DNA from: an uncultured Acidimicrobiia bacterium
Lineage (GTDB): Bacteria; Actinomycetota; Acidimicrobiia; Acidimicrobiales; AC-14
Length of the DNA: 64,000 bases
Reading direction: 5' to 3'
Assembly: GCA_963836205.1 (NCBI GenBank)
Contig: CAWIIV010000007.1
Location: 250,536-314,535 of the forward strand
Part shown: piece by piece, positions 27,754 through 38,070 of the stretch
Numbering within the stretch: the stretch's first letter is position 1
How the letters are laid out: each line of letters starts with the position of its first letter
Translations under genes and position numbers: made by a program
Notes under the pieces: model-generated
Database searches by the model: none
Told to the model about the DNA's origin: nothing
Seen by the model: the letters and a program-made list of their open reading frames with translations, nothing else

Positions 27754-30462
27754 ATGAGCCTCCAGACCGCGATCGAGCGTTCGGCCTCGCCGGCGGCGGT
27801 GGCGGTGGCGCTCGAACGGCTGTCCGACGCGGTGCCGGGGGTGCAGGCCCGCCTCGCCGGCAACCCCCGCCTGCGCGACGCCGTTTTCGCCGTCACCGCC
27901 GCCAGCCGGTCGCTCACCGAGCTCCTCATGTCGGAGCCGGCCGCCCTCGAGGTGCTCGCCGGCCTCGACGACCGGCCCGTCCGCCTCGACGGCGACGACC
28001 CGCCCGAGGCCGGGCTCCGCCGGTGGATGCGGCTCGAGCTCCTTCGGATCGCGGCACGCGACCTCACCGGCCTCGACGACCTGCCGGTGGTGGGCCAGGG
28101 CCTGGCCCGGCTGGCCGACGAGGTCCTCCAGGCGGCGGCGACCGCGGCCGGCGCCGATCCGGGGCTGGCCGTCATCGGGATGGGCAAGCTCGGCGGCTGC
28201 GAGCTCAACTACTCCAGCGACATCGACATCATGTTCGTGGGCGACCCCCACGTCCACGACCGCACCGCCCGGGCCATCCTCGACGTCGCCCGCACCTGCT
28301 ACCGGGTCGACGTCGACCTCCGCCCCGAGGGCCGCGACGGGCCCCTCGTGCGCACGCTCGAGTCCTTCGAGGCCTACTGGGAGCGGTGGGCGCACACCTG
28401 GGAGTTCCAGGCCCTGCTCAAGGCCCGGCCGGTGGCGGGCGACCCGGCCCTCGGAGCCGCCTTCCTCGAAGGGGCCCGGGCCCGGGTCTGGGAGCGCCCG
28501 TTCACCCTCGACGACCTGCGGGCGGTGCGGGCCATGAAGGCCCGTTCGGAGGAGATGCTGGCCAAGAAGGGCCTCACCGACCGGGAGGTGAAGCGGGGAC
28601 GGGGCGGCATCCGCGACATCGAGTTCTCGGTGCAGCTGCTCCAGCTCGTCCACGGCCGGGCCGACCCGGATCTGCGGTCGCCGACCACCCTCGACGCCCT
28701 GGCCGCCCTCGGCTCCACCGGCTACGTCGACCCGGCCGACGCCCGCGCCCTCGACGCCGCCTACCGCCTGCTGCGGACGGTCGAGCACCGGCTCCAGCTG
28801 GTCCACGAGCAGCAGGTCCACACCCTTCCCGCGCCCACCGACCTCGCCGGCCGCGACCGCCTGGCCCGGGTGATGGGCTACCGGGACACGGCCGAGGCCA
28901 CCGCCGGCGAGTTGCTCGACGGCTTCCTCCGCCGCCAGCAGGCCAACGTCCGGTCGATCCACCAGCACCTGTTCTTCCGCCCGCTGCTCGACGCCCTCAC
29001 CGCCAGCGGCGCCACCACCGTCCTCATGTCGGAGGAGGCGGTGGCCACCCGGCTGGAGGCGTTCGGGTTCACCGACGCCAAGCGCACCCGGTTGGCGCTG
29101 CAGGAGCTGACGAGGGGCCTGACCCGGTCGTCCCGCCTGATGCAGCAGATGTTGCCGTTGCTGCTCGGGTGGCTGTCGGAGTCGCCCGACCCCGACCTGG
29201 GACTGCTCGGGCTGCGGGTGCTCGCCGGCGGCCCGGCCCAGGCCACCGAGCTGGCCACCGCCTTCCGGGAGTCGCCCGAGGCCGCCCGCCGGCTGTGCAC
29301 CCTGCTCGGCACCAGCCGCCGCCTGAGCGAGACGCTCGAGCACCACCCCGACATGATCCCGGCCCTGGCCCAGGCCGACACCCTCGCCCGCCGTCCGGCG
29401 GAGGCGCTGCTGCTGGGGGCCTCGGCCGCCGTCGCCTGGCGCGACCATTTGGAGGACAGGCAGCGGGGCCTGCTCCGCTACAAGCGGCGGGAGGAGCTGC
29501 GGGTGGCGGCGGGCGACGTCCTCGAACTGGCGCCGCCGGACGAGGACCAGGTCGTCGTCACCGCCGGGCAGCTGACGGCGCTGGCCGAGGCCAGCCTGCA
29601 GGCGGCGCTGGAGGCCCTGCACCCGTCCGTGCCGTTCGGGGTGGTGGCCATGGGCCGCCTGGGCGGGGCCGAGCTGTCGTACGCCAGCGACCTCGACCTG
29701 CTCTTCGTCTACGACGGCCAGACGCCGGCCGACTTCGCCGCGGCCGAGAAGCTGGGGGAGGCGCTGGTCCGCTTCCTGGCCGGGACGACGCCTGCCACCC
29801 GCATCTACCCCGTCGATCTGGGCCTGCGCCCGGAGGGCAAGGACGGCCCCCTCGCCCGCAGCCTCGACGGCTATTCCTCCTACTACGGCCGGTGGTCGCA
29901 GACCTGGGAGCGCCAGGCCCTGGTGCGGGCCCGGTTCGTGGCCGGCGACGCCGACGTCGGGCGCCGGTTCATGGAGATCGTGGAGCCGCACGTGTGGTCC
30001 AGCCCCCTGGGCGAGTCCGAGATCCGGGAGATCCGCCGGGTCAAGGCCCGCATCGAGCGGGAGCGCATCCCCCACGGCGAGGACCCCCAGTTCCACCTCA
30101 AGCTGGGCCGGGGCTCGCTGTCGGACGTGGAGTTCACCGCCCAACTCCTGCAACTCCGACACCGGGTGCAGGCCACCGGCACCATGGACGCCCTGGTGCG
30201 GCTGGAGGAGGCGGGCGCCCTCGACCCCGACGACCGGGAGATCCTGGCCGACGCCTACCGCTTCTGCGAGCGGGCCCGCAACCGGTGGTTCCTGGTGAAG
30301 GGCGCCCCCGGCGACTCGCTGCCCACCAAGGCCGAGCAGATGGCGGCCCTCGCCCGCTCCCTGGGGATGACGGCCGCCGACCTGCGGGAGAACTACCGCC
30401 GCGTCACCCGCCGGTCGCGCAACGTGGTGGAGCGGGTGTTCTACGGCAAGGTCGACTCGTGA
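27754..30462 (+). CDS. glnE: Glutamine synthetase adenylyltransferase/deadenylylase
   Basis: Two NT domains (MGKLGGCELNYSSDID; MGRLGGAELSYASDLD), DLRPEG, WEFQALLKAR, GGIRDIEF. Confidence 0.95.
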   Translation: MSLQTAIERSASPAAVAVALERLSDAVPGVQARLAGNPRLRDAVFAVTAASRSLTELLMSEPAALEVLAGLDDRPVRLDGDDPPEAGLRRWMRLELLRIAARDLTGLDDLPVVGQGLARLADEVLQAAATAAGADPGLAVIGMGKLGGCELNYSSDIDIMFVGDPHVHDRTARAILDVARTCYRVDVDLRPEGRDGPLVRTLESFEAYWERWAHTWEFQALLKARPVAGDPALGAAFLEGARARVWERPFTLDDLRAVRAMKARSEEMLAKKGLTDREVKRGRGGIRDIEFSVQLLQLVHGRADPDLRSPTTLDALAALGSTGYVDPADARALDAAYRLLRTVEHRLQLVHEQQVHTLPAPTDLAGRDRLARVMGYRDTAEATAGELLDGFLRRQQANVRSIHQHLFFRPLLDALTASGATTVLMSEEAVATRLEAFGFTDAKRTRLALQELTRGLTRSSRLMQQMLPLLLGWLSESPDPDLGLLGLRVLAGGPAQATELATAFRESPEAARRLCTLLGTSRRLSETLEHHPDMIPALAQADTLARRPAEALLLGASAAVAWRDHLEDRQRGLLRYKRREELRVAAGDVLELAPPDEDQVVVTAGQLTALAEASLQAALEALHPSVPFGVVAMGRLGGAELSYASDLDLLFVYDGQTPADFAAAEKLGEALVRFLAGTTPATRIYPVDLGLRPEGKDGPLARSLDGYSSYYGRWSQTWERQALVRARFVAGDADVGRRFMEIVEPHVWSSPLGESEIREIRRVKARIERERIPHGEDPQFHLKLGRGSLSDVEFTAQLLQLRHRVQATGTMDALVRLEEAGALDPDDREILADAYRFCERARNRWFLVKGAPGDSLPTKAEQMAALARSLGMTAADLRENYRRVTRRSRNVVERVFYGKVDS

Positions 30463-30710
30463 TTCCCGTCCTCCTCCTTCTTGGGCTCGTGCTCGGACGA
30501 TGGTGGCGGACGGTCGTCGTGGCGGCCGCCGTCGGGTGGCCGCTCGTCCTGGTCCTCGACGGCGCCATGAATTGGGAGTGGGGCTTGCTGGGCTCGGCTG
30601 GGCTGGCTGCGGCCAACACCGCCGTCGGCGTGCTCGTCCACCAGGGCGGACGGCTGCTGGTCCGACTGTTCCGGACGCCCGGGTCGGACTACGTCGACAA
30701 GCTGGGTTGA
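30459..30710 (+). CDS. Small hypothetical membrane protein (83 aa)
   Basis: GTGA overlap with the glnE stop and three hydrophobic segments. Confidence 0.65.
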   Translation: MIPVLLLLGLVLGRWWRTVVVAAAVGWPLVLVLDGAMNWEWGLLGSAGLAAANTAVGVLVHQGGRLLVRLFRTPGSDYVDKLG

Positions 30711-30745
30711 CCGCCTGAGTCGAGCCGGGCCGGCCCGCCCGGGGG

Positions 30746-31300
30746 TCAGGAGGCGGCGCGGGCCCGGCGGGTGACGGTGAGCAGGGCCCCGGCCACCACG
30801 ACGAGGGCGAGACCCTGGGCCAGCGCCGAACGACCCCCGCTGTTGGGGAGCCCGCTGAGGGGGACGGTGGCGGTGGTGGACACCCGGATCATGCTCGTAC
30901 TCGGACCCGGTCCCGCTCCCGCCCGGGTGGTCGACGTGGTCGGTCCCCCGGCCCGGGTGGTGCTGGTGCCGGCCGCGGCCCGGGTGGTGCTCGTGGTCCC
31001 GGCGACGGCGGCAGTGGTGCTCGGGGCCGCCGCCTGGGTGGTGCTGGTGGCGGCGACCGCGGTGGTCGTGGGGCCGCCTGACGTGGTGGTGGACGCGCCG
31101 GCCGTGGTGGTCGTGGTGGCTGTGATCCCGCCCGACGTGCCGCCCGCGGCCCGGGTGGTCGACGTGGCCGCGGGGGGAGCGGCGGTGGACGTGTCGTCAT
31201 CGTCGTCCTGGCGGTTGATGAGGGTGGCCACGGCCACGCCGAGCACGATCAGGACCACCAGCAGCAGGAAAATGGTCAGTCCCCGTCTCATCCGCACCAT
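30746..31300 (-). CDS. Thr/Ala-rich surface protein with LPxSG-type sorting signal
   Basis: N-terminal TM, mucin-like TTT stretches, C-terminal LPNSG plus hydrophobic segment and RRAR. Confidence 0.7.
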   Translation of the reverse strand: MVRMRRGLTIFLLLVVLIVLGVAVATLINRQDDDDDTSTAAPPAATSTTRAAGGTSGGITATTTTTAGASTTTSGGPTTTAVAATSTTQAAAPSTTAAVAGTTSTTRAAAGTSTTRAGGPTTSTTRAGAGPGPSTSMIRVSTTATVPLSGLPNSGGRSALAQGLALVVVAGALLTVTRRARAAS

Positions 31301-31398
31301 CTCATCGCTCGACGCCTACCCCGGTTGGAACACACAACTGTGCCGTACCGGAGGCCGCAACTCCACCACCCTCCCGCCGGCCCGCTCGCGGCGGGTGG

Positions 31399-31773
31399 TC
31401 AGGCGGCGGCGATGGGCCTGCTGCGGATGCGGGTGAAGCGGCGGATGAAGGTGGCCATGTGCTGGTACACCTCGCCCAGCACTTCGGCCTCGGCGTCGAG
31501 CGTCTGCCGGCCCCGGGGAGTGATGCGGTAGACGCGGCGGTCGGGCCCGACGGCGCTGTCCTCCCAGCTGGAGGCGACCAGCCCGTCGTCCTCCATCATC
31601 CGCAGCACGCGGTAGAGGGCGCCCAGGTCGAAGCCCGTCGGCCCGACGGCGGACAGGCGGGCGAGCAGTTGGTAGCCGTGGGCCGGCGCCTCCGAGATCA
31701 GGAGCAGAGCGCACGCCTTCAGGTAGTTGCTGGGCAGTCCCGAGGGCAGGGCGTCCTGTTCGCGTCTGGCCAC
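31399..31773 (-). CDS. PadR-family transcriptional regulator
   Basis: LLLISEAPAHGYQL, LYRVLRMMEDDGLV.S.W, GPDRRVYRITPRG. GGAGGAGG RBS before GTG 31773. Confidence 0.88.
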   Translation of the reverse strand: MARREQDALPSGLPSNYLKACALLLISEAPAHGYQLLARLSAVGPTGFDLGALYRVLRMMEDDGLVASSWEDSAVGPDRRVYRITPRGRQTLDAEAEVLGEVYQHMATFIRRFTRIRSRPIAAA

Positions 31774-31979
31774 GCGGTACCTCCTCCGTCGGTCGTAATC
31801 GGACGAGGGCATGATCGCCCGGCCTCGTATCGGCGGCGCGACGGCGTCGTGAACGGCGGAAAAACCCTTCCTGTTGCCGACGGGGGGCGATGTCGGCGGT
31901 CCGGGCGCGCCTCGGGCCGGCCCGCTACCGTTCGGTGGCCGACCCCACGGTCGACCGAACTGGGAACTGGCGGCGTCAC

Positions 31980-33722
31980 ATGGGCGGAAACGAGGGGTTT
32001 CGGCAACCGGAGGCGGACGACCCCCTTTCGCCGTCCGAGCAGGTCGAGAAGGGTACGACCCGCTTCGCGGGCCGCCTGTGGGCCGTCGACCGGATGCTGG
32101 CCTGGCTCCGCGTCCCCGACACCCGGTTCTTCGTCCTGACGGGCGAGCCCGGCATCGGCAAGTCGGCCCTCGCCGCGTGGATGGTCGGGCACGGCCCCCT
32201 TCCTGGCGACGCCCTCGGGACCTCCGACCTGGCCGACATGCGCCACCGGTGGAGCGCGGTCCACTTCTGCCGGGCCAAGGCGGGCGGGACCCTCGATCCC
32301 AAGACGTTCGCAGCCTCGATGTCGAGGCAGCTCGCCACCCGCGACGAGGCCTTCGGCGAGCTGGCGCTGCACCACCTCGCACCCGAGGTCCGGATCACGC
32401 AGACGGTGGGCGAGAACCGGGGCCACGTCGTCGGGATCAGGGCGGAGCAGGTGATCGTGAACAGCCGCGACGCCGACGACGTCTACGACAAGGCGGTCCG
32501 GAAACCGCTGCGGGACCTGGCCCAGGCCCGGCCCGACCTGTTCCCGATGTTCTTCCTCGTCGACGGCCTGGACGAGGCCTGGGGTCGCGCCGAGCCGAAC
32601 ATCGTCACCCTCCTGGAGCGATCGGACGATCTCCCCGAGGGGGTCCACGTCCTCGTCACCACCCGCGACCTTCCGGTCGTCGTCGAGCGCATGGCCGACC
32701 GCACCCAGCTCGACCTCTCCGCGCCCGGATTCGGCGCCGACAACGACCGCGACGTGCGGGCCTACGTCGAGGAGCGGCTCGGCCACGACGGCCTGCGGGC
32801 CCAGGCGGCGGACCTGGCGAACCGGCAGGCGGTGGTCGACGAGCTGGTCGCCAGCGCCGGCGGCAACTTCCTGTTCGTGGAGTTCCTGCTCGACGACGCC
32901 GCCAGCCGCCCGGACGGGCTGGGCGACCTCGCCCGCACCCCCCGCGGGCTCTATCCCCTGTACCGCCAGTACCTCGACCGCCTGCTCCCGGCCGTGGCCC
33001 AGCCGGGCGGGGCCGATGCCTGGGCCCACACCTACCGCCCGTTGCTGGGCAGCCTCAGCGTGGCCACGCCCAGCGCCCCCGAGCCGGCCCTCCCCCGTTG
33101 GCTCACCTGGGGGATGGAGGACGTCGACCTGCGGCTCGGTGAGGTGCGGCAGCTCTGGGGGGAGAGTGGCGCCGCCGGCAGCCCCGACCACGGCTACCGC
33201 ATCTACCACCGCTCGCTGGCCGACTTCCTGGGCACGCGGGAGTACCCGGACGGGAAGGTCTCCACCAGGAACCGGTACTTCGCCGCGCCGGCGGTCCAGC
33301 ACCAGCGCATCGCCACGTATTACCTCTCGATCGGCACCGGAGCCGACGGCGACTGGGCGATGAGCGACAGGTACGGGCTCCGCCAGGTCGTTCCCCACCT
33401 GGGCGCCTGGCTCGACGGGGAGGACGAGCCCCGTCTCCAACGGGAAGTCGCCCGAACGCTCTACCAGGTCGTGCTCGACCCCGGCCTCAAGGAGGAGCAG
33501 GAGCGGCGGCTGGGTGGTGTCGGCGCCACGGTCGCGGCGTTCCGGATCGCCCTCGACACGACCTTGCGTCGGGACGACTTCGACGTGGCCGAGCGGCTCG
33601 TCACCACCCTCGCGTCCGACCTCGACGCCGAGCTGCGGGCCCTGGGCCACGAGTTCATCCTGCGCATCCAGGCGGTCGATCCGGGCCGCTTCGACGGCCT
33701 GGTCAAGAGCCTGCTGGCATGA
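31980..33722 (+). CDS. STAND (NACHT-like) P-loop NTPase without an N-terminal effector domain
   Basis: FAGRLW, Walker A GEPGIGKS, Walker B FFLVDGLDEA, VLVTTR, GGNFLF, PRGLYPLY, YHRSLADFL. Alternative start at 31890. Confidence 0.85.
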   Translation: MGGNEGFRQPEADDPLSPSEQVEKGTTRFAGRLWAVDRMLAWLRVPDTRFFVLTGEPGIGKSALAAWMVGHGPLPGDALGTSDLADMRHRWSAVHFCRAKAGGTLDPKTFAASMSRQLATRDEAFGELALHHLAPEVRITQTVGENRGHVVGIRAEQVIVNSRDADDVYDKAVRKPLRDLAQARPDLFPMFFLVDGLDEAWGRAEPNIVTLLERSDDLPEGVHVLVTTRDLPVVVERMADRTQLDLSAPGFGADNDRDVRAYVEERLGHDGLRAQAADLANRQAVVDELVASAGGNFLFVEFLLDDAASRPDGLGDLARTPRGLYPLYRQYLDRLLPAVAQPGGADAWAHTYRPLLGSLSVATPSAPEPALPRWLTWGMEDVDLRLGEVRQLWGESGAAGSPDHGYRIYHRSLADFLGTREYPDGKVSTRNRYFAAPAVQHQRIATYYLSIGTGADGDWAMSDRYGLRQVVPHLGAWLDGEDEPRLQREVARTLYQVVLDPGLKEEQERRLGGVGATVAAFRIALDTTLRRDDFDVAERLVTTLASDLDAELRALGHEFILRIQAVDPGRFDGLVKSLLA

Positions 33723-36168
33723 GGCCGCAGAGCTCGTCCGTCCCACTGGCCCGCCGCTGGCTGGTCCTCATGATTGTCGCGCTGGTCGTGCCCTGGCTCG
33801 GCCCGCAGGCAGCCGGCGCGGCGGATGTGAGCGTCTCCCCGACGAGCGGACCGCCCGGGACGACTGTGACCGTCGCGTTCGAGGGGGCGTTCTCGTTCTG
33901 CGCGGTGTACTTCGACGGCAGGCCGGTGGAGATCGTCATCGGTTGCGACTCGGCGACGGTGTCGTTCGCCGTCCGGGAGTCGGCCTCCGTCGGCGATCAC
34001 TCGATCCTCGCCCTCGCCGACGGGGCGCCCTCGGCGAACCCAACTGCGGCGGGCGGCACGGCGGAATCCGGCGGGCAACGGTCTAACTCGATCGAGCGGA
34101 CGTTCGAGTTCCGCGTCACGCCCGACGACGTGACGACCACGACCACCACGACCACCACGACGACGACGGTGCCGCCACCGATCACCTCGGCGCCACCGAC
34201 CACCGTGCCGGAGCCCGAGATCCTGCTGGTGGCAACGCCGGTCGTCTTCACCCAGACGGCGGTCCCGACGACCACCAGCACGTCGAGCACGTCGAGCACG
34301 ACGACCACGACGACAACGCCCACGACGACCACCAGGACGACGACCACCGTCGCCCGCCCCCGCACGTGTCCGCCCGGCCAGGCCGCGCTCACGTCCTTCG
34401 CCGTCGATCCCACCAACGGCCGACCCGGGGCCAGGGTCGCGGCGACCACGACGTGGGGCCCACCTGGTGCATTGCATCGACGTCCGGGACCTGGCCATAC
34501 AGTTCGACGGCAAGCCTGTCGCCGGCCGGCCGCCCCCGGTGGGCACCGCCGGGACCTTCGAGATGACAGTCCCCGACGACGCCCGCCCCGGGACCCGTCG
34601 CTTCTCGCTCGTGGATGCAGGCGACCCGTCCGTCGAGATCGGGTCCGTGTCCTTCGAGGTGGAGGGGGCTTCGGAACCGGAGCCGTTCCCCAGCGGCTGG
34701 ATCCTCGTCGCCCTGGCCGCGGCCGCCGTACTCGCGGTCGCCCTGATCGTGGGACGACGCGGTCGGTCGGACGCCCCAGCCCCGCCGAACCAGGAGTCGG
34801 CGGGTGGCGTGGCGGCCGGCGGCGACCAGGAGCGCTGGCGGACGGCCCTCAAGGCCGCGGCCTTCGTCGGCGGGTCGCAGGACGACGACGCCTTCGCTTT
34901 CGCCGCCGCGTCCAGCAACCCAGTCCTGCGCTCGACGGTCGTCTACGCCCTCGCATACCGGTGGCGGCACGACCGGGCCGCGGTCAACGGTGTGCTCGAT
35001 TCCCTCGCCGACCGGGTGGAGGGATCCGGGGTCGACCGCCGGGCCCGAGTCCTGGTCGACGCCGCCTTCACGATCTACGGCGCTCATCCCGAGGACCGAG
35101 CGTTGGCCTTCGAGGCGAGCGAGCTGTGCCGGAGGGTTCTCGGGGGTCGGCGCCGCCTGCCCCGGCGCCTGTGGCGAAAGCCGGCGGCCAACCTCTTCGG
35201 CCCGGACCTGGGCACGTTCTTCGACGCCGACGACAATCTGCGAGCCCGCTTCGACCGGGTGGTGCTCCTCGTCGATCCGTCGTCGGCGCTGGACTCGGAG
35301 ACGGTCGCCGACGATCTGGCCGCGCTGCTCGAGTCGCCCGCTTACCCGCACAACGCGCTGGCCGCCCTCGTCGTCGCGATCCACGCCGTCGACGACTTCG
35401 ACGCCACCGAGTCGCTCGTCCGCGACCTCCACCGGCGAGTCGACGCCCACGGCCGGCGCCAGCTCCTCCAGGCCTTCGCCGTCCTGCTCCCAGACACGCC
35501 CGGGGCCTGGCTGCCACTCGTCGAGCAGCTCACCCGCGACACCTTCCCGACCGCCGAACCCACGGGGGCCACCCTCGATCTGGCCCTGCTGCCCCTTGGG
35601 CTGGCCTACGCCAAGTCGACCACGACCACCGGCATGCCCATGGTCGACGCCCTCCTGGCCGAGGCGGTCGAGCGGGCGGACTGGGCCCTACGTGGCGCTG
35701 GTGGTTGAGGCCCTGGCCCCGATCGGGTTCTACGGGGCCGACCTGGTCTTCCGCTCCCTGCGCCCGGTGATGGGTGCCCTGCTCGGCGAGCCCGGGACCC
35801 GCCGGGCGCTGGCCTCGACTCTGGCTACCACCCGAACGTTCTGGTTCGACGAGGTCGACCTGTTCCTCCGGGAAACCGATGTCGGCGTCGACTTCTGGCG
35901 ACTGGTCGCGTCAGAGACGAGGCCCGAACGCATGGCGGCGCTGGTCGCTCGCATCGGCCTGCACAACAGCGCCGTCCACCACGCCATTGCTTCCCCGACG
36001 ATCCGGGAGCACCTGCTACAGGGCGGCTTCCGCGACCTGGCCTCGTCGTCGTCGCCCCGCCAATTCGCCGCCCGCTACACCCACCGCGTCCGCGGTCTCC
36101 TCCACGCCTCCGACTTCGAGCCCATCCGCTGGACCGAGCCACGCAACAACGCCGATGGTCCGAGCTGA
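33719..36168 (+). CDS. Single-pass membrane protein (signal, Ig-like x2, TM, about 470-aa helical cytoplasmic domain), with two +1 frameshifts (about 34472 and 35686)
   Basis: Joined from ORFs 33719-, 34467- and 34804-36168. Alignment with paralog 45868-48753 pins the first break (GA[t]CIDVR vs GTCTEVR). Removing 2 nt gives an 815-aa ORF. Confidence 0.75.
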
Positions 36169-36244
36169 TCGCGCCGGCAACCAGATTCTGTGCCTGCTCG
36201 GCCACCTCGATCATCTCCGCAAGCAGGACGAGCTCACGCCGCAT
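36166..36244 (-). pseudogene. 5' remnant of a HepT/DUF86 toxin gene
   Basis: MRRELVLLAEMIEVAEQAQNLVAG overlaps the MNT stop and resembles DUF86 N-termini. Similarity is lost where it meets the convergent gene end. Confidence 0.6.
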
Positions 36245-36533
36245 ACAGCAGCTGCGCCTCTGCGAGCACGGCATCCCGGATCAGGTCTTGCAACGCGACT
36301 CGGGAGACGAGGTCGACCCGACGGCCGAGGACGGCTTCGAGCTCCTCGGCGAGGGCCTCGACGTCCCAACCGAGCCGGGCGTCAGTCGCCAGGTCGTAGA
36401 GCAGGTCGACGTCGCTGTCGGGCGAGGCGTCGCCGCGGCCGACCGAGCCGAACACCTCGAGCCGCGCCACGCCGTAGCGTTCGCACACGGTTCGTAGGCG
36501 CTCGGAGTCGACCGCGAGCCCGGCGATGGTCAT
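36234..36533 (-). CDS. Minimal nucleotidyltransferase (MNT antitoxin)
   Basis: VFGSVGRGDASPDSDVDLL and LGRRVDLV motifs. Confidence 0.9.
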   Translation of the reverse strand: MTIAGLAVDSERLRTVCERYGVARLEVFGSVGRGDASPDSDVDLLYDLATDARLGWDVEALAEELEAVLGRRVDLVSRVALQDLIRDAVLAEAQLLYAA

Positions 36534-36645
36534 CGCTCAAGAGTATGGCGACCGTCGTGGCCGGCGCGGCCTCGGTCGGTGCGGTGGTGGACCGATGCCG
36601 GCGTGTGCAGCTCGTCCGGATAACCGCAGCTCAGCGCCTGCCGGC

Positions 36646-38070
36646 TCAGATGTCGTAATAGAGCATGAACTCCCACGGGTGGGGCCGTAGGCGGACCTCG
36701 TCGATCTCTCGCAGGCGTTTGTACGCGACCCACGTCTCGATGAGGTCGGAGGTGAAGACGCCGCCGGCGGTGAGGTAGTCGTGGTCGGCTTCCAAGGCCA
36801 ATAGCGCCTCGTCCAGCGACGCCGGCACCTGCGGGACGAGGGCCAATTCCTCGGGGGGGAGGTCGTAGAGGTCCTTGTCGACGGGGTCGGGTGGCTCGAT
36901 CCGGTTCTGCACCCCGTCCAACCCCGCCATCAACATGGCGGAGAAGGCGAGGTAGGGGTTGCACGACGGGTCCGGGCAGCGGAACTCCAACCGCTTGGCC
37001 TTCGGACTCTTCGAGTACAGCGGGATCCGCACCGCGGCCGACCGGTTCCGTTGGGAATACACCAGGTTGACGGGCGCCTCGTAGCCGGGAACGAGCCGTT
37101 TGTACGAGTTCGTCGTCGGCGCCGCGAACGCCAGGATCGACGGGGCATGGGCCAGCAGCCCGCCCACGTACCAACGAGCCATGTCGGACAGCCCGCCGTA
37201 GCCGGTCTCGGAGAAGAACAGCGGCTCACCCGCCTTCCACAGCGACTGGTGGCAGTGCATGCCCGACCCGTTGTCCTGAAACAGGGGCTTGGGCATGAAC
37301 GTCACCGACAGGTCGTGGGCCCAGGCCACGCACTTGGTGACGTACTTGTAGAGCATGAGCTTGTCGGCCATGCGCAGGAGGGTGTCGAAGCGCATGTCGA
37401 TCTCGGCCTGGCCGGCGGTGCCCACCTCGTGGTGTTGCACCTCCGTCTCGATTCCCACCCGCTCGAGCATGAGGATCATCTTCGAGCGCAGGTCCTGGAA
37501 GTGGTCCATCGGCGGGACCGGGAAGTAGCCCTCCTTGTACCGGGGCTTGAACCCGAGGTTGGGCTTCTCGTCGGCGCCCGAGTTCCAGATGCCCTCCACC
37601 GAGTCGACCGAGTACATCGCCGAGTGCTGGTCCTGGTGGAAGCGGACGTCGTTGAAGATGTAGAACTCCGCCTCCGGCCCGAAGTAGGCGGTGTCGGCCA
37701 GTCCGGTCGAGGTGAGGTAGTCCTCCGCCTTCTTGGCCACGAACCGGGGGTCGCGGGTGTAGGAGTCGCCGGTGACAGGGTCGCGCACGAAGCAGTTGAG
37801 GTTGAGGGTCTTGGCCTCCCGGAAGGGGTCGATCACGGCCGTGTTGGAGTCGGGGACGAGGATCATGTCCGACTCCTGGATCTCCTGGAACCCCCGGATC
37901 GACGATCCGTCGAAGCCGTAGCCCTCCTCGAAGCCGTCCTCCGTGAGCTGGTGGGCGGGCGTGGAGAAGTGCTGCATGAGGCCGGGCAGGTCGCAGAAGC
38001 GGAAGTCGACGATCTCCACGCCCTCGTCCTGCATGAGCCGCACCACGTCAGCCGGACTGCGTTCCTCCAC
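36646..38070 (-). CDS. glnA: Glutamine synthetase type I-beta (copy B)
   Basis: [40 protein letters not shown], adenylylation loop DKDLYDLP. Confidence 0.97.
   Translation of the reverse strand: MEERSPADVVRLMQDEGVEIVDFRFCDLPGLMQHFSTPAHQLTEDGFEEGYGFDGSSIRGFQEIQESDMILVPDSNTAVIDPFREAKTLNLNCFVRDPVTGDSYTRDPRFVAKKAEDYLTSTGLADTAYFGPEAEFYIFNDVRFHQDQHSAMYSVDSVEGIWNSGADEKPNLGFKPRYKEGYFPVPPMDHFQDLRSKMILMLERVGIETEVQHHEVGTAGQAEIDMRFDTLLRMADKLMLYKYVTKCVAWAHDLSVTFMPKPLFQDNGSGMHCHQSLWKAGEPLFFSETGYGGLSDMARWYVGGLLAHAPSILAFAAPTTNSYKRLVPGYEAPVNLVYSQRNRSAAVRIPLYSKSPKAKRLEFRCPDPSCNPYLAFSAMLMAGLDGVQNRIEPPDPVDKDLYDLPPEELALVPQVPASLDEALLALEADHDYLTAGGVFTSDLIETWVAYKRLREIDEVRLRPHPWEFMLYYDI

Noticed and set aside
35706-35708. 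TGA ending ORF 34467-35708 as a selenocysteine codon
   Set aside because: The protein-like sequence continues in a different frame from about 35686, so this is a frameshift rather than UGA readthrough.
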